A DNA stretch of 64,000 nt from Candidatus Hermodarchaeota archaeon (GTDB lineage: Archaea > Asgardarchaeota > Lokiarchaeia > Sigyniarchaeales > SOKP01). Each line of letters begins with the position of its first letter. Within the stretch, counting starts at the first letter, position 1. Shown piece after piece: positions 20,298-30,056 of the stretch. The DNA is taken from NCBI GenBank assembly GCA_048885525.1, contig JBHLLP010000016.1, forward strand, positions 1 through 64,000, read 5' to 3'. A program made the position numbers and the translations under genes. Under the pieces are notes generated by a model. The model made no database searches and had not been told where the DNA came from. It saw only the letters and a list, made by a program, of their open reading frames with translations.

Positions 20298-20456
20298 TGG
20301 TACCATCCTTATTAAGTAGAAGTGATTCAATTAGAAAAAGAGTTTAAAAAGGAGAGATTACCAGTATTATCAATATCTAACGAATATTCCTAAGAGCATA
20401 AAGCATCTCTGATAACCAGAATTGAAGCATTCTTAGAAATGTTAAAAAAAATTTAA
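20298..20456 (+). pseudogene. Remnant of 2-hydroxyacyl-CoA dehydratase subunit C-terminus
   Basis: WYHPY*VEVIQLEKEFKKERLPVLSISNEYS*EHKASLITRIEAFLEMLKKI*; TRIEAFLEML is the family C-terminal signature; two internal TAA. Confidence 0.65.
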
Positions 20457-20526
20457 TTAAAAAAAACAGTATAATATTATATACTGAAATATTTGAATCA
20501 GATTTAATTATTAATGTGAGGTGAAA

Positions 20527-21552
20527 ATGGAAAAACCAGAGTATAGGCTGACCCTAGACGTTAAGATACACGGATGATCATGTAAGCTTGGACAAAACGA
20601 TTTGAATGACTTATTAGTTAGAGTAGGATTAGCAGGAGACATTGAAGATGCTGCTATTATACCAATACCTAATAGCGATCTGGTTCTTGTTAAAAATATC
20701 GATGTTTTCACACCAATTATTGATGAACCCGAACTCGCTGGTGAAATTGCGGCATGCAATGTAACTAATGACATTTTTGCGATGAATGTGCCTGAGATTT
20801 CAGGTATGCTTGTATTTCTTGCAATTAGTACAAGAACACCCATGGAAGTTGCCGAAGGTATTTTAAGAGGAATAAAGTATTTTATGGAGAAAAAAATTAA
20901 TTCTCGAGTGGTTGGTGGACACACGATTTATAGTGAATGGCCATTAATAGGAGGAGAAGCATCTGGATATGTCGAAAAAAGTGCTATTATCCAAAAGCAA
21001 GGTGTAAAAAAAGGAGATAAATTAGTTTTAACCAAACCGATAGGATTGCAAGCAATAATGGCATCATATAGGATTCTGAAAGATTTTCCAGAAATGTTAG
21101 AACACTATTCAGCTGAAGAACTTCAAAAGTCAATTGATCTTGCCATAAAAATTATGACAACTCCAAATCAAGATGTTGTAAAAACTATTCATTCTTACAA
21201 GGATTTTTCATTCATTCATGCCCTAAGTGATATCACTGGATTTGGCTTAGGGGGACATACGGCTGAAATGCTGCAAAACTCAAATCTATCAGCTATAATT
21301 GAGACTGTTCCATCAATTAAGTTTTCTGAACAGTTATCGCATGAGTTAGGGTATGCTTTTGATGATTGTAAGTGCCATGAAACTGCAGGGGGTATGCTCC
21401 TGGCTGTTGATCCTACAAAAGTTGAAGAATTTACAAATAGGCTTACAATTAATAAAATATCAAACTGGATTATTGGTACAATTAATCAACAAAAACCAGG
21501 TTTGGTTCAGATTTCAGAGCAAGTTCAAAACATTGAAATTACAGAAATTTAA
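20527..21552 (+). CDS. selD: Selenophosphate synthetase 2, selenoprotein (UGA 20575-20577), 341 aa
   Basis: GAGGTG SD; MEKPEYRLTLDVKIHG-U-SCKLG continues in frame into ORF 20602; SelD motifs; SECIS downstream. Confidence 0.93.
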
Positions 21553-21553
21553 A

Positions 21554-21623
21554 GATGTTAATGATATAAGCTTAAACATTTCATATGGCTGCTTATTGAA
21601 AATTCCACTTGCGAAGTGGCATC
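21554..21623 (+). promoter_or_regulatory. Eukaryote-type SECIS element of selD2
   Basis: AUGA...GA core, helix AUAAGC/GCUUAU, apical AAA with CAU/AUG mini-stem, basal GAUG/CAUC, side hairpin CCACUU/AAGUGG. Confidence 0.85.
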
Positions 21624-21636
21624 AAAAATGAAACTA

Positions 21637-22428
21637 TTATCTTTCTTTAATTTTTCCATTAAGTTTTGTGATAATTTCTCTAATTTCATTAAGAGCGTTA
21701 TCTATTAATTTTTCACCGTGTTCTACATTAAAGGCGGTTATTGAAACCTCTACCTCTACTGATAAGCCAATTCTAGGATGGGTTTTAATCCAAAGTTGAG
21801 GATACTTTTTCTCTAATTCATTTGTATATGCTGCAATCTGGCTCTCTCCAACACCTGAAAAAAGAAAACCTTTCTCAATAAAATTTCCTTGTTGTTCTTT
21901 TAGAATTGGTATAATAATATTTCTAAACATAGCTTTTAACTCAGCAGGTACACCAGGTAAAATAAAAATTGTAATATTTTTTTCAGTAAGCTTAACGCCT
22001 GGAGCAGTTCCTACTGTATTAGGTAGCGGAATAGAACCTTTCGGAAGATATGCCATTTTTTCTCGTTCTTTAGTCATACCTTCGAGTTGTAATAGTCCTT
22101 TTTTATGAGCTCGTTTGTAAGTCTTCTCAATAGTTTTATACGCATGATGATCTAGCTCTAAATTCCTATTTAATCCATATGCTATTCCCTGCAAAGTCAT
22201 ATCGTCAAATGTGGGACCGAGTCCTCCAGATGTTATAATAATATCTGGTTTACGTTGTAAAATTTGTTTTAATGTCGTCGAAATTACTTCAAGCTCATCT
22301 CCAATAGTAATAATCCTTTTAACTTGATGTCCATACTTAGTAATTCTTTTTGCCATCCAATTAGAATTTGTATCTTGAGTCTTTCCAATAAGGATTTCAT
22401 TTCCAATCATTAATAATTCAATTATCAT
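21637..22428 (-). CDS. CinA-like molybdopterin-binding domain protein
   Basis: IGNEILIG...DTNS, SGGLGPTFDDMT, N..GTAPG and LPGVP.E motifs. Confidence 0.9.
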   Translation of the reverse strand: MIIELLMIGNEILIGKTQDTNSNWMAKRITKYGHQVKRIITIGDELEVISTTLKQILQRKPDIIITSGGLGPTFDDMTLQGIAYGLNRNLELDHHAYKTIEKTYKRAHKKGLLQLEGMTKEREKMAYLPKGSIPLPNTVGTAPGVKLTEKNITIFILPGVPAELKAMFRNIIIPILKEQQGNFIEKGFLFSGVGESQIAAYTNELEKKYPQLWIKTHPRIGLSVEVEVSITAFNVEHGEKLIDNALNEIREIITKLNGKIKER

Positions 22429-22534
22429 GAAAAAATCCCCAAAAAATTCTAGTTATATAATATTTTATAAAACTTGATATTTTTTAATTAATTTACTCAA
22501 TTACTTGTAGAAAAAATAACGTGTTTTTAAATAT

Positions 22535-23092
22535 ATGACAATCGAAATAGACGATAGTGGCACGGGTGACCTTGTAGGAGATGCGTTTATAGGTCTTTTA
22601 AGGAAAGAAACTGGAGAGTTGGTTTTTAAAACATTGCCTGTCAAGCTTTTTCAAGGAAAAAACTGGAAAAATAAAAAACCTTTAAAGGTTGCTGTGGAAC
22701 TTATACGAGAAGGATTACAGGAACTAAATTTCCAGAATCAAACTGAAAAAGTAGAACTCTGTAGAGGCAACATTTTCGATTATGTAAGGAATTATTTTGT
22801 AGAGGAAGGCATCAATTACGAAGATGCTATAGTTGAAGGAAAACTACAAGATGCAGTTGAGGGGAAATTGTTAGAACACCTCAGAAATGATTTAGGTGTG
22901 AGATCCAAACGTTTAACTAAGAAAAGTGGAGCTAAACGGTTTTTTGTATTATTTAATTGGGTTTGTTCTGATATTTTTAAAAGAGAGAAGTATGTTAAAT
23001 CAGGATTTAAAAAATGGAACACAGTCTGGCGTGATCGTGCCATTGAAAAGTATAATAAAATTAAATCTTCATATAAAAATAATAAATCATGA
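22535..23092 (+). CDS. Conserved hypothetical protein with RNase H-like acidic motif
   Basis: IEIDDSGTGDLVG and CRGNIFD motifs. Confidence 0.65.
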   Translation: MTIEIDDSGTGDLVGDAFIGLLRKETGELVFKTLPVKLFQGKNWKNKKPLKVAVELIREGLQELNFQNQTEKVELCRGNIFDYVRNYFVEEGINYEDAIVEGKLQDAVEGKLLEHLRNDLGVRSKRLTKKSGAKRFFVLFNWVCSDIFKREKYVKSGFKKWNTVWRDRAIEKYNKIKSSYKNNKS

Positions 23093-23775
23093 AAATTGTT
23101 GTGTTTGCACCCCATCCTGATGATGAAATTTTTGGATGTGGTGGTAGCATCTTAAAATGGTTAGAAGAAGGACATGATGTACACATTGTATATGTTACAG
23201 ATAATAGAGTATTAATTGCCTGGGGATTAGGACATGATGTACTCTTATTGGAAGAAGCAGAAGAGTTCATCAATCTTAGTGAGGATGAAATTGCTAAAAT
23301 CGCGTTGAAAGAAGCAGAGCAAGTATCACAGGATTTTGGATTAAAAAGAGAAAATGTACATTTATTTAAGTTTCATGACCAAGATGCTATGAACAATATT
23401 GAAGCTGGGGTAACTTTAGCTAAACAAATAATAAAGGATGCAGATCGGATTGTTCTCTCAAGTGATAATAATAATCATGTAGATCACCAAGCTACTCATA
23501 CTATAGCCAAAAGAGCAGCAAAGGAACTTAACTTAAGAAAAAGTGAGTTCTATGTCTATGCTTTATATAATGTTTTAAAGTCACCTAAAGAAAAACAAAT
23601 CAAGATAAAAATGGAACAATATAGAAAGAAACTATATGAATTAATGAAAGGTTATAAAACCCAGCTCTGTTTAAAAGATACTAGATTGGGATGGGAATAC
23701 GTATTAAAAAGGAAGAGATTTGAAAGGTTTGGAGTTTTCAGATTTGAAGATATGAATAAATTTGAAAACTTTTAA
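23089..23775 (+). CDS. PIG-L/LmbE family deacetylase
   Basis: APHPDDE..GCGG and H.DH motifs. Confidence 0.9.
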   Translation: MKIVVFAPHPDDEIFGCGGSILKWLEEGHDVHIVYVTDNRVLIAWGLGHDVLLLEEAEEFINLSEDEIAKIALKEAEQVSQDFGLKRENVHLFKFHDQDAMNNIEAGVTLAKQIIKDADRIVLSSDNNNHVDHQATHTIAKRAAKELNLRKSEFYVYALYNVLKSPKEKQIKIKMEQYRKKLYELMKGYKTQLCLKDTRLGWEYVLKRKRFERFGVFRFEDMNKFENF

Positions 23776-24461
23776 TCCAATTCTGTTCCACAATTTTTAC
23801 AAACTTTATCATTTAGTGCATTTTTATCATAGCCACAGGCAAAACAAATAAGATTTTTCCCATTTTTAGGTAGCTCAAATTCTACCCCTTCAATAGGTTC
23901 AATTACTTCTTCTGATGGTTCTTGTTTTTTTCGCTTAAGCATTTCAATTTCCTCTGCTTTAACACGCTGTTTTTCAACAAAATCTTTATCATGGGGAGTA
24001 ATTATTGTAAAATCTTCTGATGGTTGAATTTCTTTGAATCCTTTTGGTAAATTTCTAAATTCAGAATCTTCAATAATCTTAGAATTGATATTTACAGTTG
24101 AATTTGAAATGTTATTTTGAATTGTTTCTTCATTCTGCATAATTTTTTCCTTGTTCAGAATAATTTCTGGTGATCCTTCTGGTTTAGGTTCTTCTTCTTG
24201 ATATCTCAAGTCATCTTTATATACTTCTTCTTTTAATTGCCCTGCTTTTAGCTCTTTAATGTGGTTAAAAATACCTTTAGTTCTATTAATAATCATATTC
24301 TTAAATGAAGCATCTACCTTCGAAGATTTTGAGAAATTAAGTGCCAACTCGGATATTTCTACCCATTCTTGGATCGCAGCTTTAATATCACCTTTTCTTT
24401 CAAATCTTTTTGCTATTGCAATTTTAACTCCAAGTTCTTTATTAAATTGTGTTATATCCAT
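23772..24461 (-). CDS. MIT-like three-helix protein with C-terminal zinc ribbon
   Basis: AKRFERKGDIKAAIQEW...HIKELK; CFAC..CKNC; start moved to ATG 24461 (MDITQ). Confidence 0.65.
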   Translation of the reverse strand: MDITQFNKELGVKIAIAKRFERKGDIKAAIQEWVEISELALNFSKSSKVDASFKNMIINRTKGIFNHIKELKAGQLKEEVYKDDLRYQEEEPKPEGSPEIILNKEKIMQNEETIQNNISNSTVNINSKIIEDSEFRNLPKGFKEIQPSEDFTIITPHDKDFVEKQRVKAEEIEMLKRKKQEPSEEVIEPIEGVEFELPKNGKNLICFACGYDKNALNDKVCKNCGTELD

Positions 24462-24626
24462 GATAGATTTTTTTTTCCTAACTTTAGATACAATCTTTAC
24501 AAATAAATTCAAATATAAATTCTTTTTTCGAATGTTGATACAAAATTTAATATTTAAAATCACTACTATTTATATAAAAGTATATAATATCTCTGAGAAC
24601 ATTAACTACTTAAGAGCAATTAATTT

Positions 24627-26516
24627 ATGTCAATTAATCCTCTTTCTTCAAATGAAATAAAAAATTTAAGAAACGTCATAGAGAAAAATGGATGGAAGAT
24701 CGAAGGAACTACTGAGAATTATTTTCGTTATAGTCTAAAGAAGAATAAATTACTCTTATTTACAATAAAATTTCCGGTAACTTTTCCGATTAGGATTAAT
24801 ATTCCTTTTGAAGTTGTAAATTTTCGAGTTTCAGTAGCTTTTCAATTCTGGAATTTAGAAAAAAACACATATAGTGTAATTCTTTATCTTATGAAAGCAT
24901 TGAGAAATTTGGCAATATCAATAACTCTTGAACATAATTTTCCTATAGAAGATAAGAAACAACAAGTTGGAGATTTATTAAATTTAATTATTCCAGAACA
25001 TATCAATAATGAAAAAGAGAATTCATGGTTAAATCGTATAAGGATTTCACTTATGAATAAAAGAGATAGATTCAATGAGTTTTCTGATAAGGATTTGAAT
25101 ATAATCATAGAATCTCTTCAAAAAACGGGATTAAATCCCAGCTTTAAAATACCTTGGGAATTAAAATATGGAATACCTAAGCTAAGAACCTCTGAAACTT
25201 TGCTTTTTTCAAATGAAAGTGCTTTAGATGAATTTTTTATTTTAGAGAAAGGATATTTCACCTATTTCAAAGATTTAGAAAATAATAAATTTCATCTCAG
25301 AGGTTTTTTTGATAGTTATACACCGTATATTTTAAATGAATTATTTAAAGATAATCCAGAATTTAGATTAGAATCGTTTATTGTAAATTGGATTCAATTT
25401 ATTCGTATGATTTTAAATTCCCTAGTAGAAATCATTCAAAAAGGAAATATAAACCAAACTGAACTTATTAATTTTCGCCCAGTTAAAGAACTTATCTATG
25501 GAGATCAAAATTTCATAGAAGATCACAATAATTTCCCCTTTTCTGCCTTAAGTTATGAATCTGTAATAACAAAAGAATTATTTAGCATTCATAATGACTT
25601 ATTCAATAAACCACCAACTAATTTTGAAGTATTTGAATCAATAAATCAATATACTGAAGCTGAAGAATTAGTAAAAAACTATAGATTCGAAGAAGCAGCT
25701 AAAATTTTAAACGAAGCTTTAATAGTATTTAATAAAAATCAACAACGCAAGATTGTTGTATCTATCTTATTAAAATTAAGAAAAATAGCAAAACTCTTAA
25801 ATCATGAAGATACTGCTCTTAATTATTTACAAAATGCATTAGGAGTAGCTAAATCTGGAGATATTCCAATAAATTTTATTATAAAGGTTCATTATAAACT
25901 CGGTATTATATATTATAAAAGAAAGGATTTTCAAGAAGCATTAAATCATTTTAAAATTATTGTAAATTTTTTAGAAAATGAAGAGCTTTCCTTTAATAAA
26001 GAAGAATATATAGGCTTGGCTTATCTTTACATTGGAATGATTTATTTAGAACAAAAAAATATTGAAGAATCTAAAATTTTCTTTAAAAATGCTTTTCAAA
26101 TTGGAGAAGATAATTTATGCATAAAACTAAAATATTTTCTATTACGTGGTATTTTTTATAAAAACCAAGGTAATATATCACTCACTCAAAAATTTTTAAA
26201 AGCTGGTTTTGATGCTATTGGCTTAAATTTTGAAAATGAGAAGATTTTTAAAGTTCTACTAGACCTTATGCTTGAGTTATCTGAATTCTATATCCATCAT
26301 AAGAAAGATGCACGAAAGGCCTATTATTTACTTAAAAATCTTGAGAATCAAATAAGAATAAAGGAAATAAGTAATATGAAAAGAGGAATACGCTGGAATT
26401 TATTAATGGTTGATTTTTATAATACATTTGAAGAAAATCATGAGAAATCTCAATTTTATTTTAAGCAGAGTCAGAAATTAAGGAATCAACTTCAGACAAT
26501 AGGAATAAATATTTAG
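24627..26516 (+). CDS. TPR-containing protein
   Basis: C-terminal TPRs (HYKLGIIYY...EALNHF; YLYIGMIYL). Confidence 0.8.
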   Translation: MSINPLSSNEIKNLRNVIEKNGWKIEGTTENYFRYSLKKNKLLLFTIKFPVTFPIRINIPFEVVNFRVSVAFQFWNLEKNTYSVILYLMKALRNLAISITLEHNFPIEDKKQQVGDLLNLIIPEHINNEKENSWLNRIRISLMNKRDRFNEFSDKDLNIIIESLQKTGLNPSFKIPWELKYGIPKLRTSETLLFSNESALDEFFILEKGYFTYFKDLENNKFHLRGFFDSYTPYILNELFKDNPEFRLESFIVNWIQFIRMILNSLVEIIQKGNINQTELINFRPVKELIYGDQNFIEDHNNFPFSALSYESVITKELFSIHNDLFNKPPTNFEVFESINQYTEAEELVKNYRFEEAAKILNEALIVFNKNQQRKIVVSILLKLRKIAKLLNHEDTALNYLQNALGVAKSGDIPINFIIKVHYKLGIIYYKRKDFQEALNHFKIIVNFLENEELSFNKEEYIGLAYLYIGMIYLEQKNIEESKIFFKNAFQIGEDNLCIKLKYFLLRGIFYKNQGNISLTQKFLKAGFDAIGLNFENEKIFKVLLDLMLELSEFYIHHKKDARKAYYLLKNLENQIRIKEISNMKRGIRWNLLMVDFYNTFEENHEKSQFYFKQSQKLRNQLQTIGINI

Positions 26517-26530
26517 AATAAAAAAATTTT

Positions 26531-26737
26531 TTAACTTCTTGAAAATTGAGTTCTTTTAGCTCCAAGACTATCTTGTTGGCCACCAAACCTGCCTTTTATA
26601 ACTCTCTCCAAATACAATTCTCTAAATCGCATTCTTGGAGGTTTTTTCTTTTTAGCATTCACTCCAGTTCGATCAATTTTCGGAGTTTGCATTTTCACTT
26701 TTCCTGCTTTTGTTAAAGAACCATGAGAACCGGGCAT
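26531..26737 (-). CDS. rps30e: 30S ribosomal protein S30e (eS30)
   Basis: SHGSLTKAGKVK.QTPK signature. Confidence 0.95.
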   Translation of the reverse strand: MPGSHGSLTKAGKVKMQTPKIDRTGVNAKKKKPPRMRFRELYLERVIKGRFGGQQDSLGAKRTQFSRS

Positions 26738-26901
26738 TTTATTAGTATCTTCTCGTTTTTATAATTATATTATGAATATATAAATTAATTCAAACTCTTA
26801 AATTTTATTATATTCTGCAAATCTTAAAGATTGGACTCCAATTTTTTATCAAATTCTCTCTACATTTCTTATTTACATTAATTCAATTTCAAATAAATAC
26901 A

Positions 26902-27060
26902 ATGTCTAATAGAAAAATAAATACATCCAAAATCGCTAATTTTAAAAATAATAAAGAAAAGATTTCATTTAAAGTTGAGAAAATAGTATGTTTTGCATGT
27001 GGAGAAAAAGTTAATTTGAACACTGAAATTTGCCCTTATTGCAGAACAACAATTAAATAA
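26902..27060 (+). CDS. Small zinc-ribbon protein (52 aa)
   Basis: Manual translation MSNRKINTSKIANFKNNKEKISFKVEKIVCFACGEKVNLNTEICPYCRTTIK; below the ORF-track cut-off. Confidence 0.75.
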   Translation: MSNRKINTSKIANFKNNKEKISFKVEKIVCFACGEKVNLNTEICPYCRTTIK

Positions 27061-27640
27061 TGTCTTTTTCGTCGGTTTTTTTAGCTTTAAAAAGAAATGA
27101 TAAAGAAATCCATAAAATTAAATATATAACAATATTTCCTAAGAAGATTACTAAATCTTGATTAAAATATGCCAATTTTAGGATATACACTATAAATAAC
27201 CAGCTAACATTAAATACAATAAAATAAAAACCAATTTTTTGAGATAGTGTCTCCCTTTTCTTCCATATCAAATAAATACTGACAATAAAAGGAAATACAT
27301 GAATATAATCATAATAAAGGAATAATATAAAGAACTCATAGATAGTAATTATTCCTAATGGTACAATAGAATAGATTAAGAAATTATTTATATAAGGATT
27401 ATCACGATAAATAAACCATACTAATGAAAATGAGAAATACCATTGACTTAATGTGAATATAACTAAATTTACTCCCGGATCTCCATGAGATCTAGGTCCA
27501 TAAAGAAATGTATCTAATGGTTGCCATGAAAAAGGTATCCAAAATTGAAAGATTAAAGAAATTATAGTTGCAATCGATATTTGAATTAACGTTATAGTTA
27601 TTAGACTTAGTCTTTTCAAATTGAATTTCGATTTAATCAT
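27053..27640 (-). CDS. Integral membrane hypothetical protein
   Basis: About 6 hydrophobic segments. Confidence 0.75.
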   Translation of the reverse strand: MIKSKFNLKRLSLITITLIQISIATIISLIFQFWIPFSWQPLDTFLYGPRSHGDPGVNLVIFTLSQWYFSFSLVWFIYRDNPYINNFLIYSIVPLGIITIYEFFILFLYYDYIHVFPFIVSIYLIWKKRETLSQKIGFYFIVFNVSWLFIVYILKLAYFNQDLVIFLGNIVIYLILWISLSFLFKAKKTDEKDII

Positions 27641-27837
27641 TAAAATTTCAAGTCTTTATCTCAATTTTACTTTTACTAATTATTAGACTTACATAGTTAT
27701 TTTTTAATTTCATGAAGTTTAAAGAACTTTCAATTAGTCTATACACTTTTAGTAAATTTTAGTCCAATAACTATCTAAAGATCCAATATCAGTTCCGGAC
27801 TAGAAACTAGAAATATAGTCTTGATCTAATTATTATT

Positions 27838-28842
27838 ATGATTAAATCTGGACGTTTGTTTAATTATGGCCATTTTGTTACTCCATACTCAATAAAGGAG
27901 AGTATTGGGAGGATTAGGCGAACTATTTTCGGACCAAAAAAAACTAATACTTATAGAGTAAATTATATTTCTAAAAACCATCAATTAAACGAAATCACCC
28001 CTAAATGTACAATCTCATTTATAGGGGATATTATGGCTATGAATTCAAAACAATTAATAATTGAACATAGCGTTAAACAATTCATTAAAGGATCTGACTT
28101 TCTTGTTGGAAATTTTGAGGGTACAATCACTTCAGAGAAAAAAAAGTTGATGGATAAGAGACATAAACCCCTGATAATGGATTCACTTGAAAATTTATTC
28201 GCACCAAAAAAGACATTTTTATCAGTAGCAAACAATCACAGTGGTGATTTTGGGTTAGACAGATTTTCACAATCGGTAGAACAATTAAATAAACGAGGCT
28301 TTAATGTGTTTGGTACAGAAAAAAACCCATACATTGATTTATCAGATAATATAAGAGTAGTAGGAAGTACTCGATGGTCAAACAGACCATGTAATTATTT
28401 AATCGAGTTAGAGGATTCTAACCGTTATCTTAAAGAAGGTTCGTTTAATATTCTTTTTCCACACTGGGGCTACGAATTGGAATTATATCCGCGTATAGAA
28501 ACAGTTAATCACGGTAGGATAATTTTAGACAAATTTGATGCACTGATTGGCCATCATTCACACTGTCCACAACCAATATCATTTTTTCCCATTGATAACA
28601 GGAATAAATTAATCGCATATTCTTTAGGTGATTTTTGTCTCGGTTCAGAATCCAAGAAACGTGAAGCGATGGAATATGGAGTTGTAATAAAAGCTGAAGT
28701 TGGAACAAATCCAGAGGGTGAATGGCTAATTGGCAAAGTAGAATGGAATTTCCTTAAAAGTGCTTCTTTATCAAAAAAGAAGACAGTTGTAAAAATAGTA
28801 GACATTGAATCAAATTTCTTTCTTTCAGAACCAATGAAATAA
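27838..28842 (+). CDS. CapA/PgsA-family metallophosphoesterase
   Basis: GDIM, GNFEG, ANNHSGDFG, HWGYE, GHHSH.PQ and YSLG motifs. Confidence 0.9.
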   Translation: MIKSGRLFNYGHFVTPYSIKESIGRIRRTIFGPKKTNTYRVNYISKNHQLNEITPKCTISFIGDIMAMNSKQLIIEHSVKQFIKGSDFLVGNFEGTITSEKKKLMDKRHKPLIMDSLENLFAPKKTFLSVANNHSGDFGLDRFSQSVEQLNKRGFNVFGTEKNPYIDLSDNIRVVGSTRWSNRPCNYLIELEDSNRYLKEGSFNILFPHWGYELELYPRIETVNHGRIILDKFDALIGHHSHCPQPISFFPIDNRNKLIAYSLGDFCLGSESKKREAMEYGVVIKAEVGTNPEGEWLIGKVEWNFLKSASLSKKKTVVKIVDIESNFFLSEPMK

Positions 28843-28951
28843 AAAAACTCGAAATTGATTCACATTACTAGTGTTAATTTTTCAAATTTACTTTTTATGG
28901 TTAGAAAAAAATATAAATTTCATACATTCTTTAATAAATTAACTTTTCTAT

Positions 28952-29115
28952 GGGGACTTGGTGTAGCCCGGTAGATTAAGAAGCAAATTATGCTCCAATA
29001 CCGAACACAGCAGGCTCCAGATCCTACAAGCAAAAGCTGTTCCGCGGACACCTGTCGGTCGGGGGTTCAAATTTGAGCTTAATGTCTAAGCTTTTCGAGA
29101 TTCCCTCAGTCCCCA
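28952..29115 (+). tRNA. trnW: tRNA-Trp(CCA) with three introns (D-loop ~28975-29003; 37/38 29021-29049; 59/60 29072-29101)
   Basis: Acceptor GGGGACT/AGTCCCC, D stem GTGT/ACAC, anticodon stem GCAGG/CCTGT with CT-CCA-G, T stem GGGGG/CCCTC. Confidence 0.88.
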
Positions 29116-29447
29116 CATTTCTTTTAGTCTAAATGATGATAAATTCGCCCTTGGATTAAAATGGAATAACATTATCTAATTTAATTAGCATAAGAATCTA
29201 TAACTTCCAATTTTTCTGAAAATCCTTAAATAGATCATTTTCGTGAAAGCCCGATTTCACGATCTTTTTCACATTTCTTATTCAAATTATATTATTTTTT
29301 GATGAAACCTTTTGAAAGTAAGTTAAAACACGGAAATCTTTCATTCTTGTAATTAAACAATTGTTTTTTTTTATAAAACTTAATGAATTGATTAATTAGG
29401 GTAGGTTTTCTAACTCTTCATGAGGAATCTATAATCGGAGGTGTTGT

Positions 29448-29648
29448 ATAATTAAAATCGAATGGGATTTATTTAAAAGAACATATCCATATGTTTGTGA
29501 TAGCTGTGGATATTTTCATTGGGAAAAAAAACTTTTTTGTGAGGGATGTGGCAGTAAAAACACAGTAAGGAAAATTACTAAAAAAGATTGGAAGAGATAT
29601 AAATTAAATGAAACATTAGCCATTAAAAATGCTTCAATTTCCGGATAA
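29448..29648 (+). CDS. Unannotated 66-aa zinc-ribbon protein, probable AUA start
   Basis: GGAGGTG + 4 nt + ATA; (M)IKIEWDLFKRTYPYVCDSCGYFHWEKKLFCEGCGSKNTVRKITKKDW...SG*; in-frame TGA at 29421 upstream and no NTG start. Confidence 0.7.
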   Translation: MIKIEWDLFKRTYPYVCDSCGYFHWEKKLFCEGCGSKNTVRKITKKDWKRYKLNETLAIKNASISG

Positions 29649-29893
29649 AACACCGTATATAATTATATATAAAATATTTTTTTCAATAAAGATATTTTTT
29701 TTGAAATTTTCTCTATAGAATCCTTGTCTAATTTTTCCATTTCCAGTATGCATGATTATTTCATTAAATCATATTTTAATATGATTTTGTAATCCTATAA
29801 TCAGAAGAAATCACTGAATATACAGATATTTGACAAATCTGTAAGTATTATTGATATAAGTGTTAAATCCCAACTCCACCACCCCCTATTCCA

Positions 29894-29927
29894 GGATATG
29901 ATATTATTTTGGATATGATATTATTTT
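29894..29927. repeat. Perfect 17-bp tandem duplication GGATATGATATTATTTT x2
   Basis: Seen directly. Confidence 0.9.
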
Positions 29928-30056
29928 AATAATTGGAGTGATTTTTGTAGTATCGATAATTTTAGTGAAAAAACAAAAACATTAATATTCTTTTTTTTTT
30001 ATTTTAAGAACAAATAATTATTTTATTTTAAACCTGAATAAATCGAATTTTATAAA

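Noticed and set aside
29894-29927. Possible CRISPR repeat
   Set aside because: Only two adjacent 17-bp copies, with no spacer and no cas genes.
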